A stretch of 64,000 bases of DNA from an uncultured Bacilli bacterium (lineage in GTDB: Bacteria; Bacillota_I; Bacilli_A; RF39; UBA660): the NCBI GenBank assembly GCA_949425575.1, contig CASPVX010000002.1, positions 10,309-74,308 of the forward strand, written 5' to 3'. This document shows positions 10,272 to 18,914 of this stretch, one piece after another. Position 1 is the stretch's first letter. Each line of letters begins with the position of its first letter. The notes beneath the pieces were generated by a model. The model searched no databases. It was not told where the DNA came from and saw only the letters and a list, made by a program, of their open reading frames with translations. Both the position numbers and the translations under genes were made by a program.

Positions 10272-11765
10272 ATGAAAATAAATAAGTTATTTAAAAATAA
10301 ATTAACACTTTATACATTAACAATTTTTCTCTTTTTTCTTACCATTAGTTTACTTATGCCATATGGAGGCGATGATTGGAATAATTTACTTGCTGGTAAT
10401 GCCTCTTTTATACAAATTATAGATTCTGCAATAGCTAATTATCAGACTTTTGAAGGACGTTTTTTTAGTAGAATTGCTGTTAGTTTACTAGTGCCAAATC
10501 AGTTTATTTGGGCTGTTTTACATTCAGCTATTATTGCATCAATATTTTATATTATTGTAAAAATTATTAATCCAAAAAACAAAATTATAATTCCTATCTT
10601 AGTATTTATATTATTGTTTCTAGATTCAGAAATGTTTGCGCAAATTTATGTATGGAAAACAGGCAGCATTACTTATTTGTTTCCTATGATTTATTTTTTT
10701 GTAATTTTATTTTATAAAAAAGATATTTTTAATGATAATTTAAAAAAAGATAAATGGTGGGCATACATTTTATTTCCAATTTTAGCATTAGTATTTTGTA
10801 TGTTTGTAGAAAATGTTTCTGTTGCAATTATTATGCTATTTATACTAATAATTGTTTATTCATTCATGAAACATAAGTTTATAGATAAGCTATCAATATT
10901 ATGTTTAATTTTTAGTATAATTGGTTTATTTTTAATGTTATCTGCACCTGGGACATCTTTAAGATTAGATACAACTGGATTTGCAGATTTAAATGTTTTT
11001 GAAAAAATAATTTATAATATTTCTAACTTTATCAACTACACTTATATCCATAATGGTATTTTACTAATGTTATTTTCTATTGTTTTATGTTCATTTATTT
11101 TTACTAAAGTAAGTAACAAATTTTTAAAAATATTTTTGTATCTTTTTGTACTAGTTATTCCATTTTTTACTTTAATAGCTAGTTTATTAACATTCATTAT
11201 GCAGCATGATATTAGAATTATTTGGCGCTTCTTAGATCCATCTTTATGGTATATAAAAATTTATTGGATTTTATATACAGTTTTACTTATTTATTATTTT
11301 ATAAACCATTTACTTAAAACTAAAGATAGTAGAGTAGCATTTTTTCTAATACTTGCTATTTCCAATACAGGAGCTATGTTTATATCGCCAATTTGGGGAG
11401 GTAGAACATCATTTTTTACAGTATTGATGTTATACATTGTTATACTATTAATTTTTGATCAATTTAAAATAAAAAATGAAAAAATATTAAGTTATATTTT
11501 AAATATTTGTATTTGCTTATTTATGGTTGGATTTATCTTTTATTCTTGTTATTGTAATTATATTGATAAATTAAGAAAACAGTATATTGATTATCAATTA
11601 AATAATAATTATAAAGTAGTAGAAGTTATATTAATGCCAAAAAGATATACTTGGAATGCTAGTCCATGGGGAACTGGGTGGCTTCCATATACATTTAAAA
11701 AGGTAATGGGCATTCCTGATAATGTTGAAATAAAATTAATTGATAAAAAGGATGCAAGGAGTTGA
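10272..11765 (+). CDS. Polytopic membrane protein, GT-C-like (paralog 1)
   Basis: 497 aa and highly hydrophobic. It has a PYGGDDW motif after the first TM, then EGRFF and FVENVS motifs, all shared with the next gene. Confidence 0.45.
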   Translation: MKINKLFKNKLTLYTLTIFLFFLTISLLMPYGGDDWNNLLAGNASFIQIIDSAIANYQTFEGRFFSRIAVSLLVPNQFIWAVLHSAIIASIFYIIVKIINPKNKIIIPILVFILLFLDSEMFAQIYVWKTGSITYLFPMIYFFVILFYKKDIFNDNLKKDKWWAYILFPILALVFCMFVENVSVAIIMLFILIIVYSFMKHKFIDKLSILCLIFSIIGLFLMLSAPGTSLRLDTTGFADLNVFEKIIYNISNFINYTYIHNGILLMLFSIVLCSFIFTKVSNKFLKIFLYLFVLVIPFFTLIASLLTFIMQHDIRIIWRFLDPSLWYIKIYWILYTVLLIYYFINHLLKTKDSRVAFFLILAISNTGAMFISPIWGGRTSFFTVLMLYIVILLIFDQFKIKNEKILSYILNICICLFMVGFIFYSCYCNYIDKLRKQYIDYQLNNNYKVVEVILMPKRYTWNASPWGTGWLPYTFKKVMGIPDNVEIKLIDKKDARS

Positions 11766-11769
11766 TTAT

Positions 11770-13212
11770 ATGAAAAAAATATATGATTTTTCAAAAAAGA
11801 ATATAGGATATATTTTAGTTTTTCTTTTTTCCTGTTTATTTGGTTTTTTAATACCTTATACTCATGATGATTGGTTTTGGGGTACCTCATGGGGACTTCA
11901 GCATCTTTTAGATAATTTTGACAATGTAAATGGAAGATATTTTGGAAATTATTTAGCATTTGCTTTAACAAGAAGTAGAGTAATAAGAGCATTATTGTAT
12001 GGAATTGTTTTTACACTTATTACATTTTTAATAAATAAAATTGTTTCTGATAAAAAGAAATATACAACAATTATTTTAATACTTCTATTAACTCTTGAAT
12101 TACCAGTTTTTATTCAAACAGTTTCTTGGACTGCTGGTTTTGTTAATTATGTAGTTCCAATGATTGGTGTTTTGGCATTTATTTATTTAAATAAAAATAT
12201 TTTTAATGATAAAGAAACATTTTATAAATATACATTCATTATAATGTTGCCACTTGGAATTTTTAATAGTTTGTTTATGGAAAATATTTCAATTTATAAT
12301 ATAATTTTTGTAATTGGATTAATTGTATATTATTTGGTAAAAACAAAAAAAATACATAAGGAACATATTTTATATTTACTTGGTTGTATAATAGGAACAG
12401 CTATTATGTTTTCTAATAGTGCTTACGGATTTATTAGTAATGGCGCTGATACATTTGGTAATAGATCAATTGATAGTGGTAATTTTATTGTTTCTTTTGC
12501 ACATAAATATTTACATATCTTTTCGCCAGATTTAATATTTAATAATTATATTTTAGTAGTAGTTTTATCACTTGTTTTGTTTAAAATATTACATTCATTA
12601 AAAGAAAAAAGTTTATTTAGCAAATTAATTCAAGGATATGTTATTTTTTATAGTGTTTATGCTACTGTGTTAAACTTTATCAATATAGGAGGCCCTTACT
12701 TTAGATATATAAATTATTTAAATGGTATTTTAACTTTTATTTATTTTATTATTATTGGGTTAATTATAATTTTGTATATGCCAAAAGAAAAAAGAACAAT
12801 GTTATTAATGGTGTATATAAGTATAATTCTTGTTATTATGCCACTATTTGTAGTTAATCCAGTACAAAGTAGATGTATGTTCCCACCATATGTCTTATTA
12901 ATGCTATTAGTGGTTTTATTTGTTAAAGAGGCAAAGATAGAAAATAGGTATATATTAATTTGTTTATATATAATTTTATCTATTTTAGTTATTTTTAGAT
13001 TATATGTTTATACTCATGCTTATGTAGTTGATATTAATAGAATAAATTATATAAAATTGCATGACAGCGAGCCAGAAATCACAATTTCGGAGTTACCACA
13101 TAAAGAGCATTTCTTTATTTCTACACCAGCTAATAGTGATTATGCTCCAAAGTTTAAAGAATTTTATCACATTAAAAATAGTCAAAACGTTATATTTAAA
13201 CCTTGTGAATAA
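11770..13212 (+). CDS. Polytopic membrane protein, GT-C-like (paralog 2)
   Basis: PYTHDDW, NGRYF and FMENIS motifs sit at positions equivalent to those in paralog 1. The ATG at 11770 lies 8 nt after an AAGGAG RBS; the ORF track's start at 11740 is probably too long. Confidence 0.45.
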   Translation: MKKIYDFSKKNIGYILVFLFSCLFGFLIPYTHDDWFWGTSWGLQHLLDNFDNVNGRYFGNYLAFALTRSRVIRALLYGIVFTLITFLINKIVSDKKKYTTIILILLLTLELPVFIQTVSWTAGFVNYVVPMIGVLAFIYLNKNIFNDKETFYKYTFIIMLPLGIFNSLFMENISIYNIIFVIGLIVYYLVKTKKIHKEHILYLLGCIIGTAIMFSNSAYGFISNGADTFGNRSIDSGNFIVSFAHKYLHIFSPDLIFNNYILVVVLSLVLFKILHSLKEKSLFSKLIQGYVIFYSVYATVLNFINIGGPYFRYINYLNGILTFIYFIIIGLIIILYMPKEKRTMLLMVYISIILVIMPLFVVNPVQSRCMFPPYVLLMLLVVLFVKEAKIENRYILICLYIILSILVIFRLYVYTHAYVVDINRINYIKLHDSEPEITISELPHKEHFFISTPANSDYAPKFKEFYHIKNSQNVIFKPCE

Positions 13213-13248
13213 TAACACGATTTCACATAAAAGAAATAGTCATTATGA

Positions 13249-13300
13249 TTGACATTTAATCATTAGGGCTATATACTAGTATTATTGATTATAATTAGAA
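13249..13300 (+). promoter_or_regulatory. Sigma-A-type promoter (TTGACA-17 nt-TATACT) followed by an AT palindrome-like box (possible PerR/Fur-family operator) upstream of rbr
   Basis: TTGACA at 13249-13254 and TATACT at 13272-13277 with a 17-nt spacer. The downstream ATTATTGATTATAAT contains one perfect half-site (ATTATAA) of the B. subtilis PerR box TTATAATNATTATAA. Confidence 0.45.
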
Positions 13301-13313
13301 AGAAGGATGATTT

Positions 13314-13868
13314 ATGGAACTAAAAGGTTCAAAAACAGAAAGTAATTTAATGGCAGCTTTCGCAGGAGAAAGTCAAGCTAGAAACAAATACACATACTTT
13401 GCAAGTACTGCAAAAAAAGAAGGATATGAACAAATAGCTGCTATATTTGAAGAAACAGCTAACAATGAAAAAGAACATGCTAAAATGTGGTTAAAACTTC
13501 TATTTGGTGGAGATATGAAAGATTCATTAAAAGTTGATACTAAAGAAGCTTTAAAACTAGCTGCTGAAGGTGAAAACTATGAATGGACAGATATGTACGC
13601 TGAGTTTGCTAAAACAGCAAAAGAAGAAGGCTTTGATCATATTGCTTATCTTTTTGAAGAAGTTGGAAAAATCGAAAAAGCTCATGAAGAAAGATATTTA
13701 AAACTTTTAGAAGGTGTAAGAACTGAAACAGTATTTCAAAAAGAAGCTCCAAAAATGTGGATATGCCGTAATTGTGGTCATGTACACTATGGTGAAAAAG
13801 CTCCAGAAGTATGTCCAGTATGTGCACATCCAAAAGCATATTTTGAATTAAGAAGTGAAAACTATTAA
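13314..13868 (+). CDS. rbr: Rubrerythrin
   Basis: Ferritin-like di-iron E..H motifs ([16 protein letters not shown]) plus a C-terminal rubredoxin-like CRNCG..CPVC. Confidence 0.9.
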   Translation: MELKGSKTESNLMAAFAGESQARNKYTYFASTAKKEGYEQIAAIFEETANNEKEHAKMWLKLLFGGDMKDSLKVDTKEALKLAAEGENYEWTDMYAEFAKTAKEEGFDHIAYLFEEVGKIEKAHEERYLKLLEGVRTETVFQKEAPKMWICRNCGHVHYGEKAPEVCPVCAHPKAYFELRSENY

Positions 13869-13891
13869 AAAGGTAAATTTTACCTTTTTTT
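13869..13891 (+). terminator. Rho-independent terminator after rbr
   Basis: AAAGGTA-aattt-TACCTTT stem followed by a T-run. Confidence 0.7.
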
Positions 13892-13974
13892 CTTTCCAAA
13901 AAATGGGGCAAATATTTATAAATTTAAAATTCATAATAATATTGTAGTCTGATTTTTTTTATAGGAGTGATTAA

Positions 13975-14949
13975 GTGTTTAAAAAAACTTTAATTACGTT
14001 TCTTTTAATATTTAGTATTCCCATAAATGTATTAGCTTATTCAGATCGTATAATTGCATCAGGCGAAAACATTGGAATTACTTTAAACACAAACGGAGTT
14101 TTAATTGCGGGAACATATAATGTTGGAAATAAAGCTCCAGCAAATGAAGCTGGCCTTAAAAGTGGTGATTTAATTACTAAAATAAATGGTAAACAAGTTT
14201 CTAAAATTGATGAATTAGCTACTGAAATCGATAATGCAAATTCAAAAGAAGTAGAAGTAAATTATACAAGAGATAATAAAAACCATACAACAACATTGAA
14301 ACTTATAAAAGATGAAGATGTTTTAAAAACAGGTCTTTATGTAAAAGATAGTGTAACTGGAATAGGAACACTTACATTTATAGATCCAGAAACAAAATTA
14401 TTTGGTGCTTTAGGTCATGAAATAACTAATACTGTTACCGGAAAAGTATTAGAAATAAAGGACGGAAAGATATTTGATTCGACTGTTACAGGAATAGTCC
14501 CTAGCAAAGATGGTACTGCAGGCGAAAAGAAAGCACAAACTGATTCAGATGATATCAGAGGTTCAGTAGGCGAAAATACATCACAAGGAATATTTGGTAA
14601 ATATTCAAATCCAATAGATCAATCTAAAACATATAAAGTTGCTACTAAAAATGATATAAAGAAAGGCGATGCAAAAATACTAACTGTTTTGAGTGGACAA
14701 ACAGTTTCAGAATATAGTATAGATATTATTGAAATAAGTAATGAAACCTCAAAAACTAAAAATTTTGTATTTAAAATAACAGATGATAATTTACTTAAAA
14801 AAACAGGAGGAATAGTTCAAGGAATGAGTGGTTCTCCAATTATACAAGGTGATTACATCGTTGGAGCTGTTACACATGTCGTAGTTGATGATCCAGAAAA
14901 GGGATATGGAATATTTATCACTAATATGTTAGAAGAGGCAGAAAATTAG
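13975..14949 (+). CDS. spoIVB: SpoIVB sporulation signalling serine peptidase (S55)
   Basis: Signal/TM segment, a PDZ-like block (GLKSGDLITKINGKQV) and the catalytic region GALGHEI..GIVQGMSGSPI. GTG start after a GGAG RBS. Confidence 0.85.
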   Translation: MFKKTLITFLLIFSIPINVLAYSDRIIASGENIGITLNTNGVLIAGTYNVGNKAPANEAGLKSGDLITKINGKQVSKIDELATEIDNANSKEVEVNYTRDNKNHTTTLKLIKDEDVLKTGLYVKDSVTGIGTLTFIDPETKLFGALGHEITNTVTGKVLEIKDGKIFDSTVTGIVPSKDGTAGEKKAQTDSDDIRGSVGENTSQGIFGKYSNPIDQSKTYKVATKNDIKKGDAKILTVLSGQTVSEYSIDIIEISNETSKTKNFVFKITDDNLLKKTGGIVQGMSGSPIIQGDYIVGAVTHVVVDDPEKGYGIFITNMLEEAEN

Positions 14950-14968
14950 GAGCAAATGCTCCTTTTTT
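14948..14968 (+). terminator. Rho-independent terminator after spoIVB
   Basis: AGGAGC-aaat-GCTCCT followed by TTTTT. Confidence 0.75.
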
Positions 14969-15035
14969 AATTAAAAATTCATATTTTAAATTAAAACAAT
15001 ATATGATATACTGTTATAAGTAAAGGATGTGTTTT

Positions 15036-15677
15036 ATGATAATAATAGATTTTATTTTACATTGTAACGAGTATATAGGGCAGTTTATTCAAAATTATGG
15101 AGCTTTTGTTTATGTAATATTATTTTTAATTATTTTTTGTGAAACAGGACTTGTTTTTCTGCCATTTTTACCTGGAGATTCTTTAATTTTTGCTGCTGGA
15201 GCATTTGCTGCAATAGGAGAGATGAATATCTTCTTATTGTTAACTATTTTAATAGTGGCAGCTATTTTAGGAGATACAATTAATTATGAAATTGGTAAGA
15301 AGTTTGGAAACACTATTTTAAAAAGTAATAAGTTTAAAATGATCAAACAAGAAAACGTTGATAAGGCTAATGCATTAATTAATAAATATGGTGGTGCTGC
15401 CGTATTTATTGCTAGATTTATGCCAATTGTAAGAACAATGGTACCATTTTTAGTTGGTATGGGTAAGTTAGAATATAAAAAGTTTATTAAATTTAATGCA
15501 ATAGGTGGTATTGTTTGGGTAACATTATTTTTAATGATTGGTTATTTCTTTGGAAATATTCCTGCTGTTAAAGAACACTTTACTTTAATATTACTATCAA
15601 TTATATTTATATCTTTGTTGCCAATGATTATTGGGTTTATAAATTCGTATACTAAAAAGAAAAAAAATAACAAATAA
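15036..15677 (+). CDS. DedA/VTT-domain membrane protein
   Basis: LPGDSL..AAG and FIARFMPIVRT motifs. The ATG at 15036 follows an AAGGA RBS. Confidence 0.8.
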   Translation: MIIIDFILHCNEYIGQFIQNYGAFVYVILFLIIFCETGLVFLPFLPGDSLIFAAGAFAAIGEMNIFLLLTILIVAAILGDTINYEIGKKFGNTILKSNKFKMIKQENVDKANALINKYGGAAVFIARFMPIVRTMVPFLVGMGKLEYKKFIKFNAIGGIVWVTLFLMIGYFFGNIPAVKEHFTLILLSIIFISLLPMIIGFINSYTKKKKNNK

Positions 15678-15729
15678 GTTATTTTTTTCATTTCTATTAT
15701 GATATAATTATTTTTAGGTAGGTGAGTAC

Positions 15730-16302
15730 ATGAAAGTTATTGTTAATAATATTGATAAATTAAATGATGCTTTTGAAATGATTGTAAGTGGAGCAGATGG
15801 AATAGGTGTTTCAATTGACAAAGAGAAAAAGTTAGATATGGAAAAAGCTAATGACTTGGTTTTTTATTTACCTCCAATATCTACTAGTGTGTTAGTTACT
15901 AAGTCAGTTGCGCCAATAAGTATTACATCTGATGCTAATAATATAGGTGTTAATACAATTTTGTTTGAAGGGGATATTCTTGAGGATGATATAAAACTTA
16001 TAAGAGAAAAATTACCTTATATTAAAGTTATTAAAAAAATAATTGTTAGTGATAAAGATTCTATAAAGGTAGCTGAAAGGTATAAAAAAAGTGTTGATGC
16101 TATTTTACTTGAAACTGATATTATGAGTAATGATAATTTACTTTTATGTAAAAAAATTATTGATGAATGTGATTATGTTTTGTTTAAAGCAGAGGTTACT
16201 AAAGATTGTTTTGCAGTAGTTAAAGAACTAAATCCTTATGGTATTGTAATTGATTATAATAATCAAGAAAAAATAAAAGAATTTATCGAGGCTATAGGTT
16301 AA
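15730..16302 (+). CDS. Hypothetical protein, degenerate TrpF-like (phosphoribosylanthranilate-isomerase-like) TIM-barrel pattern
   Basis: Its length and spacing (MKV....I..L.DA......GADGIG......K....E.A..LV..LPP..) are collinear with TrpF, but the usual KICG and GGTG motifs are absent. Confidence 0.3.
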   Translation: MKVIVNNIDKLNDAFEMIVSGADGIGVSIDKEKKLDMEKANDLVFYLPPISTSVLVTKSVAPISITSDANNIGVNTILFEGDILEDDIKLIREKLPYIKVIKKIIVSDKDSIKVAERYKKSVDAILLETDIMSNDNLLLCKKIIDECDYVLFKAEVTKDCFAVVKELNPYGIVIDYNNQEKIKEFIEAIG

Positions 16303-16306
16303 AACT

Positions 16307-17356
16307 ATGACTAAAAGAGTAATTGGGCTTGATATAATAAGAGCACTTGCTGTTTTCTTTGTAATATCAGTTCATTTTTTCTTGCATTCAGGATTTTATG
16401 AAGTTCCTACTTATGGTAAAACATTAATTATTGCGCATATGGTAAGATGGTTATTTTTTACTTGTGTACCATTATTCTTACTTTTAACTGGTTACTTACA
16501 ATGGAAAAAAGAACCTAATAAAAAATATTATAAATCTATAATTCATATTTTGCTTATATATATATTTATTTCAATTTTTTGTTTATTTTTTAGAAAAATA
16601 TACATGGATGATCAATCAAGCATTTTACAGTTAATTTTAGGGATATTTCAATTTAAAACATGTGGGTATTCCTGGTATATTAATATGTATATTGGACTTT
16701 TTCTATTAATTCCTTTTTTGAATATTTTATATCATAATTTACAAAGTAAAAAACAAAAACAGTTATTGATTTTAACTTTATTATTTTTAACAAGCGTTAG
16801 TACACTTGGAAGTGGTTTTGTAATAAATAATAATTCGTTAAATTTATTGCCAGATTGGTGGAAGGGGATTTACCCAATAACATACTATTATCTAGGAGTA
16901 TATATTAGAGAGTATCAACCAAGCATTAAAACATTAAAGAATATAGGTCTTATTTTACTATTTTTAATACTCCAAACGATAATTTCTTATTTTTCTTCTT
17001 ATGGAGAAGCATTTAAACCATATTTATGGAATAATGGTGGCTTTTATTATTTATTATGTGTTATAACCTCTGTATTAGTTTTCTTGTTATTTTACAAGCG
17101 TGATATTAAAAATAAGTTGATTGTATCAATTATTACTAGTATATCAATTCTGTCATTAGATATATATTTATTTTCTTATGCTGTCGATTTACTAATTTAT
17201 CCATTCTTTAATTTAGAAGTTGGTTATGGTCATGTATTAATGTTATTTTTTGTAATTGTTCCTATAATTTTTACAATTTCATGGTCTTTAGGATTTATAA
17301 GAGAATTAATATTTAAATTATTTAAAAAAATTAAAACAAAGATAAAAAACAATTAA
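16307..17356 (+). CDS. Acyltransferase family 3 membrane protein (O-acetyltransferase membrane module)
   Basis: GLDIIRALAVFFVISVHFF N-terminal motif and about 10 TM segments. Confidence 0.75.
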   Translation: MTKRVIGLDIIRALAVFFVISVHFFLHSGFYEVPTYGKTLIIAHMVRWLFFTCVPLFLLLTGYLQWKKEPNKKYYKSIIHILLIYIFISIFCLFFRKIYMDDQSSILQLILGIFQFKTCGYSWYINMYIGLFLLIPFLNILYHNLQSKKQKQLLILTLLFLTSVSTLGSGFVINNNSLNLLPDWWKGIYPITYYYLGVYIREYQPSIKTLKNIGLILLFLILQTIISYFSSYGEAFKPYLWNNGGFYYLLCVITSVLVFLLFYKRDIKNKLIVSIITSISILSLDIYLFSYAVDLLIYPFFNLEVGYGHVLMLFFVIVPIIFTISWSLGFIRELIFKLFKKIKTKIKNN

Positions 17357-17373
17357 TAAAGAGCGGTGGTAAA

Positions 17374-18045
17374 ATGAAAATATTTAATAAATATTTTAAA
17401 CAACTTGTAGTGATTTTATTATTTATTTTTCTAATATTAATAGGTTTAATTTTTACATCTGAAGATAAAACATATATGGAAACACGTCATAAAAAGGTTG
17501 TAGTTATTGGTGATTCTAGAATGGAACTTATAGACAATGGAAAAGATTATTCTAAACAAATACCAAATAATATAACTTTTATCGCAAAAAGTGGTATGAA
17601 AAATGAATGGTTTAATGATTTCGTTTTAATGAGACTTACAGATTTACTTAAAAACCCTGAATATAAATATGACGTAATTATCAATTTAGGTGTTAATGAT
17701 ATTTGTTTTGGAGATGAAACAAAAAGTATTAGTGAATATACTAACAGTATTAGACTTTTAGCAAAACTATTTAATAATACAAATTTTTATGTTTTATCAG
17801 TGAATCCAGTAAATGAAAATTTAATATTTGATTATTTTGATGTCAATCCATTACCAAACAAGAAGATTCAGGTGTATAATACAAAATTAATAAATTTTAT
17901 CAAAAAGGAGAAGTTGCAAAATTTAAATTATTGTAATGCTTTTGATAAAATAAAATATACTACAAAAGATGGGCTTCATTACACTGAGCAAACAAATGAA
18001 AAAATTATTAGTTATATATTAAATGATTGTATAAAAAAACATTAA
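17374..18045 (+). CDS. SGNH/GDSL-type hydrolase/acyl-transfer domain protein with an N-terminal anchor
   Basis: VVVIGDSRM (block I), GVNDI (block III) and DGLHYT (block V), with a single N-terminal TM. Confidence 0.65.
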   Translation: MKIFNKYFKQLVVILLFIFLILIGLIFTSEDKTYMETRHKKVVVIGDSRMELIDNGKDYSKQIPNNITFIAKSGMKNEWFNDFVLMRLTDLLKNPEYKYDVIINLGVNDICFGDETKSISEYTNSIRLLAKLFNNTNFYVLSVNPVNENLIFDYFDVNPLPNKKIQVYNTKLINFIKKEKLQNLNYCNAFDKIKYTTKDGLHYTEQTNEKIISYILNDCIKKH

Positions 18046-18066
18046 CCAATGAGTTAATGTTTTTAT
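18036..18066. terminator. Bidirectional hairpin terminator
   Basis: AACATTAAC-caatga-GTTAATGTT flanked by an A-run and a T-run. It lies between convergent ORFs. Confidence 0.65.
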
Positions 18067-18152
18067 TATGCCCAGACAATCATTCCTATAAAGAACGCTA
18101 TCATAACTATAAGCATAAGCCAAACAACTGCTTTTTGTAATTTAGGATTCAT
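18066..18152 (-). CDS. Unannotated 28-aa hydrophobic peptide (MNPKLQKAVVWLMLIVMIAFFIGMIVWA)
   Basis: Strong RBS (GAGGTGA) 5 nt upstream of the ATG, one TM helix, and it ends at the bidirectional terminator. It is below the ORF-track size cutoff. Confidence 0.4.
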   Translation of the reverse strand: MNPKLQKAVVWLMLIVMIAFFIGMIVWA

Positions 18153-18239
18153 AATATCACCTCTATCAGTATTATAATATATTTTTAATAATTTTGGAAT
18201 ATTTTTTAAAATTTATAATATTATTAACTGAGGGATAAT

Positions 18240-18860
18240 ATGAAAAAAATAATAAACAAAGCAAAAAATGTACTAAAAATTAATAAAAAGTTATTCGTTT
18301 TTCTATTGGTTTTATCAATTGTAGGTATAGTATCAGGAACTATGCTTTCTCTTATGTTAAATGCTGATGATCAAAAATTGGTAACAGAGTATTTAAATAA
18401 TTTTTTTAATAATACAGATAAAGTAGATACTACAAACACTTTAATTAATACTTTAATTATGACGTTAGGTTTTAGTTTACTAATTTATTTATTAGGTATT
18501 TCAGTAATTGGTTTTGTAGTTATATTATTTATGCTATTTGGAAAGGCATTTGTCTTAGGCTTTTCATTAGGATCAATAATCACTACATATAAATTTAAGG
18601 GGATAGTATATGCTTTAATTTATGTATTCCCACATCATATTATTAATCTTATATTATTTATAATTTTATCAGGTATGGCATTAATTATGTCCTTTAAAAT
18701 AATAAATAATATGACGAAAGAGAAAAAAATAGATTTTAGTGGCATAAAAAAATATAATTATGTGTTATTAATAACTTTGGGTATACTAATTCTCACAACT
18801 TTATATGAGGTTTATGCAATGCCTAATATTCTGAACTTATTTTTAAATATACTAAAATGA
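18240..18860 (+). CDS. spoIIM: Stage II sporulation protein M
   Basis: About 205 aa with 5 TM segments. The architecture (N-terminal basic stretch, then TM, then the ..YVFPHHIINL.. block) is typical of SpoIIM/DUF95. Confidence 0.6.
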   Translation: MKKIINKAKNVLKINKKLFVFLLVLSIVGIVSGTMLSLMLNADDQKLVTEYLNNFFNNTDKVDTTNTLINTLIMTLGFSLLIYLLGISVIGFVVILFMLFGKAFVLGFSLGSIITTYKFKGIVYALIYVFPHHIINLILFIILSGMALIMSFKIINNMTKEKKIDFSGIKKYNYVLLITLGILILTTLYEVYAMPNILNLFLNILK

Positions 18861-18914
18861 TAGATTTTCTATCGTTTTTTTGATAAAATATTTATTAAGC
18901 AAGGATGATTAGAA

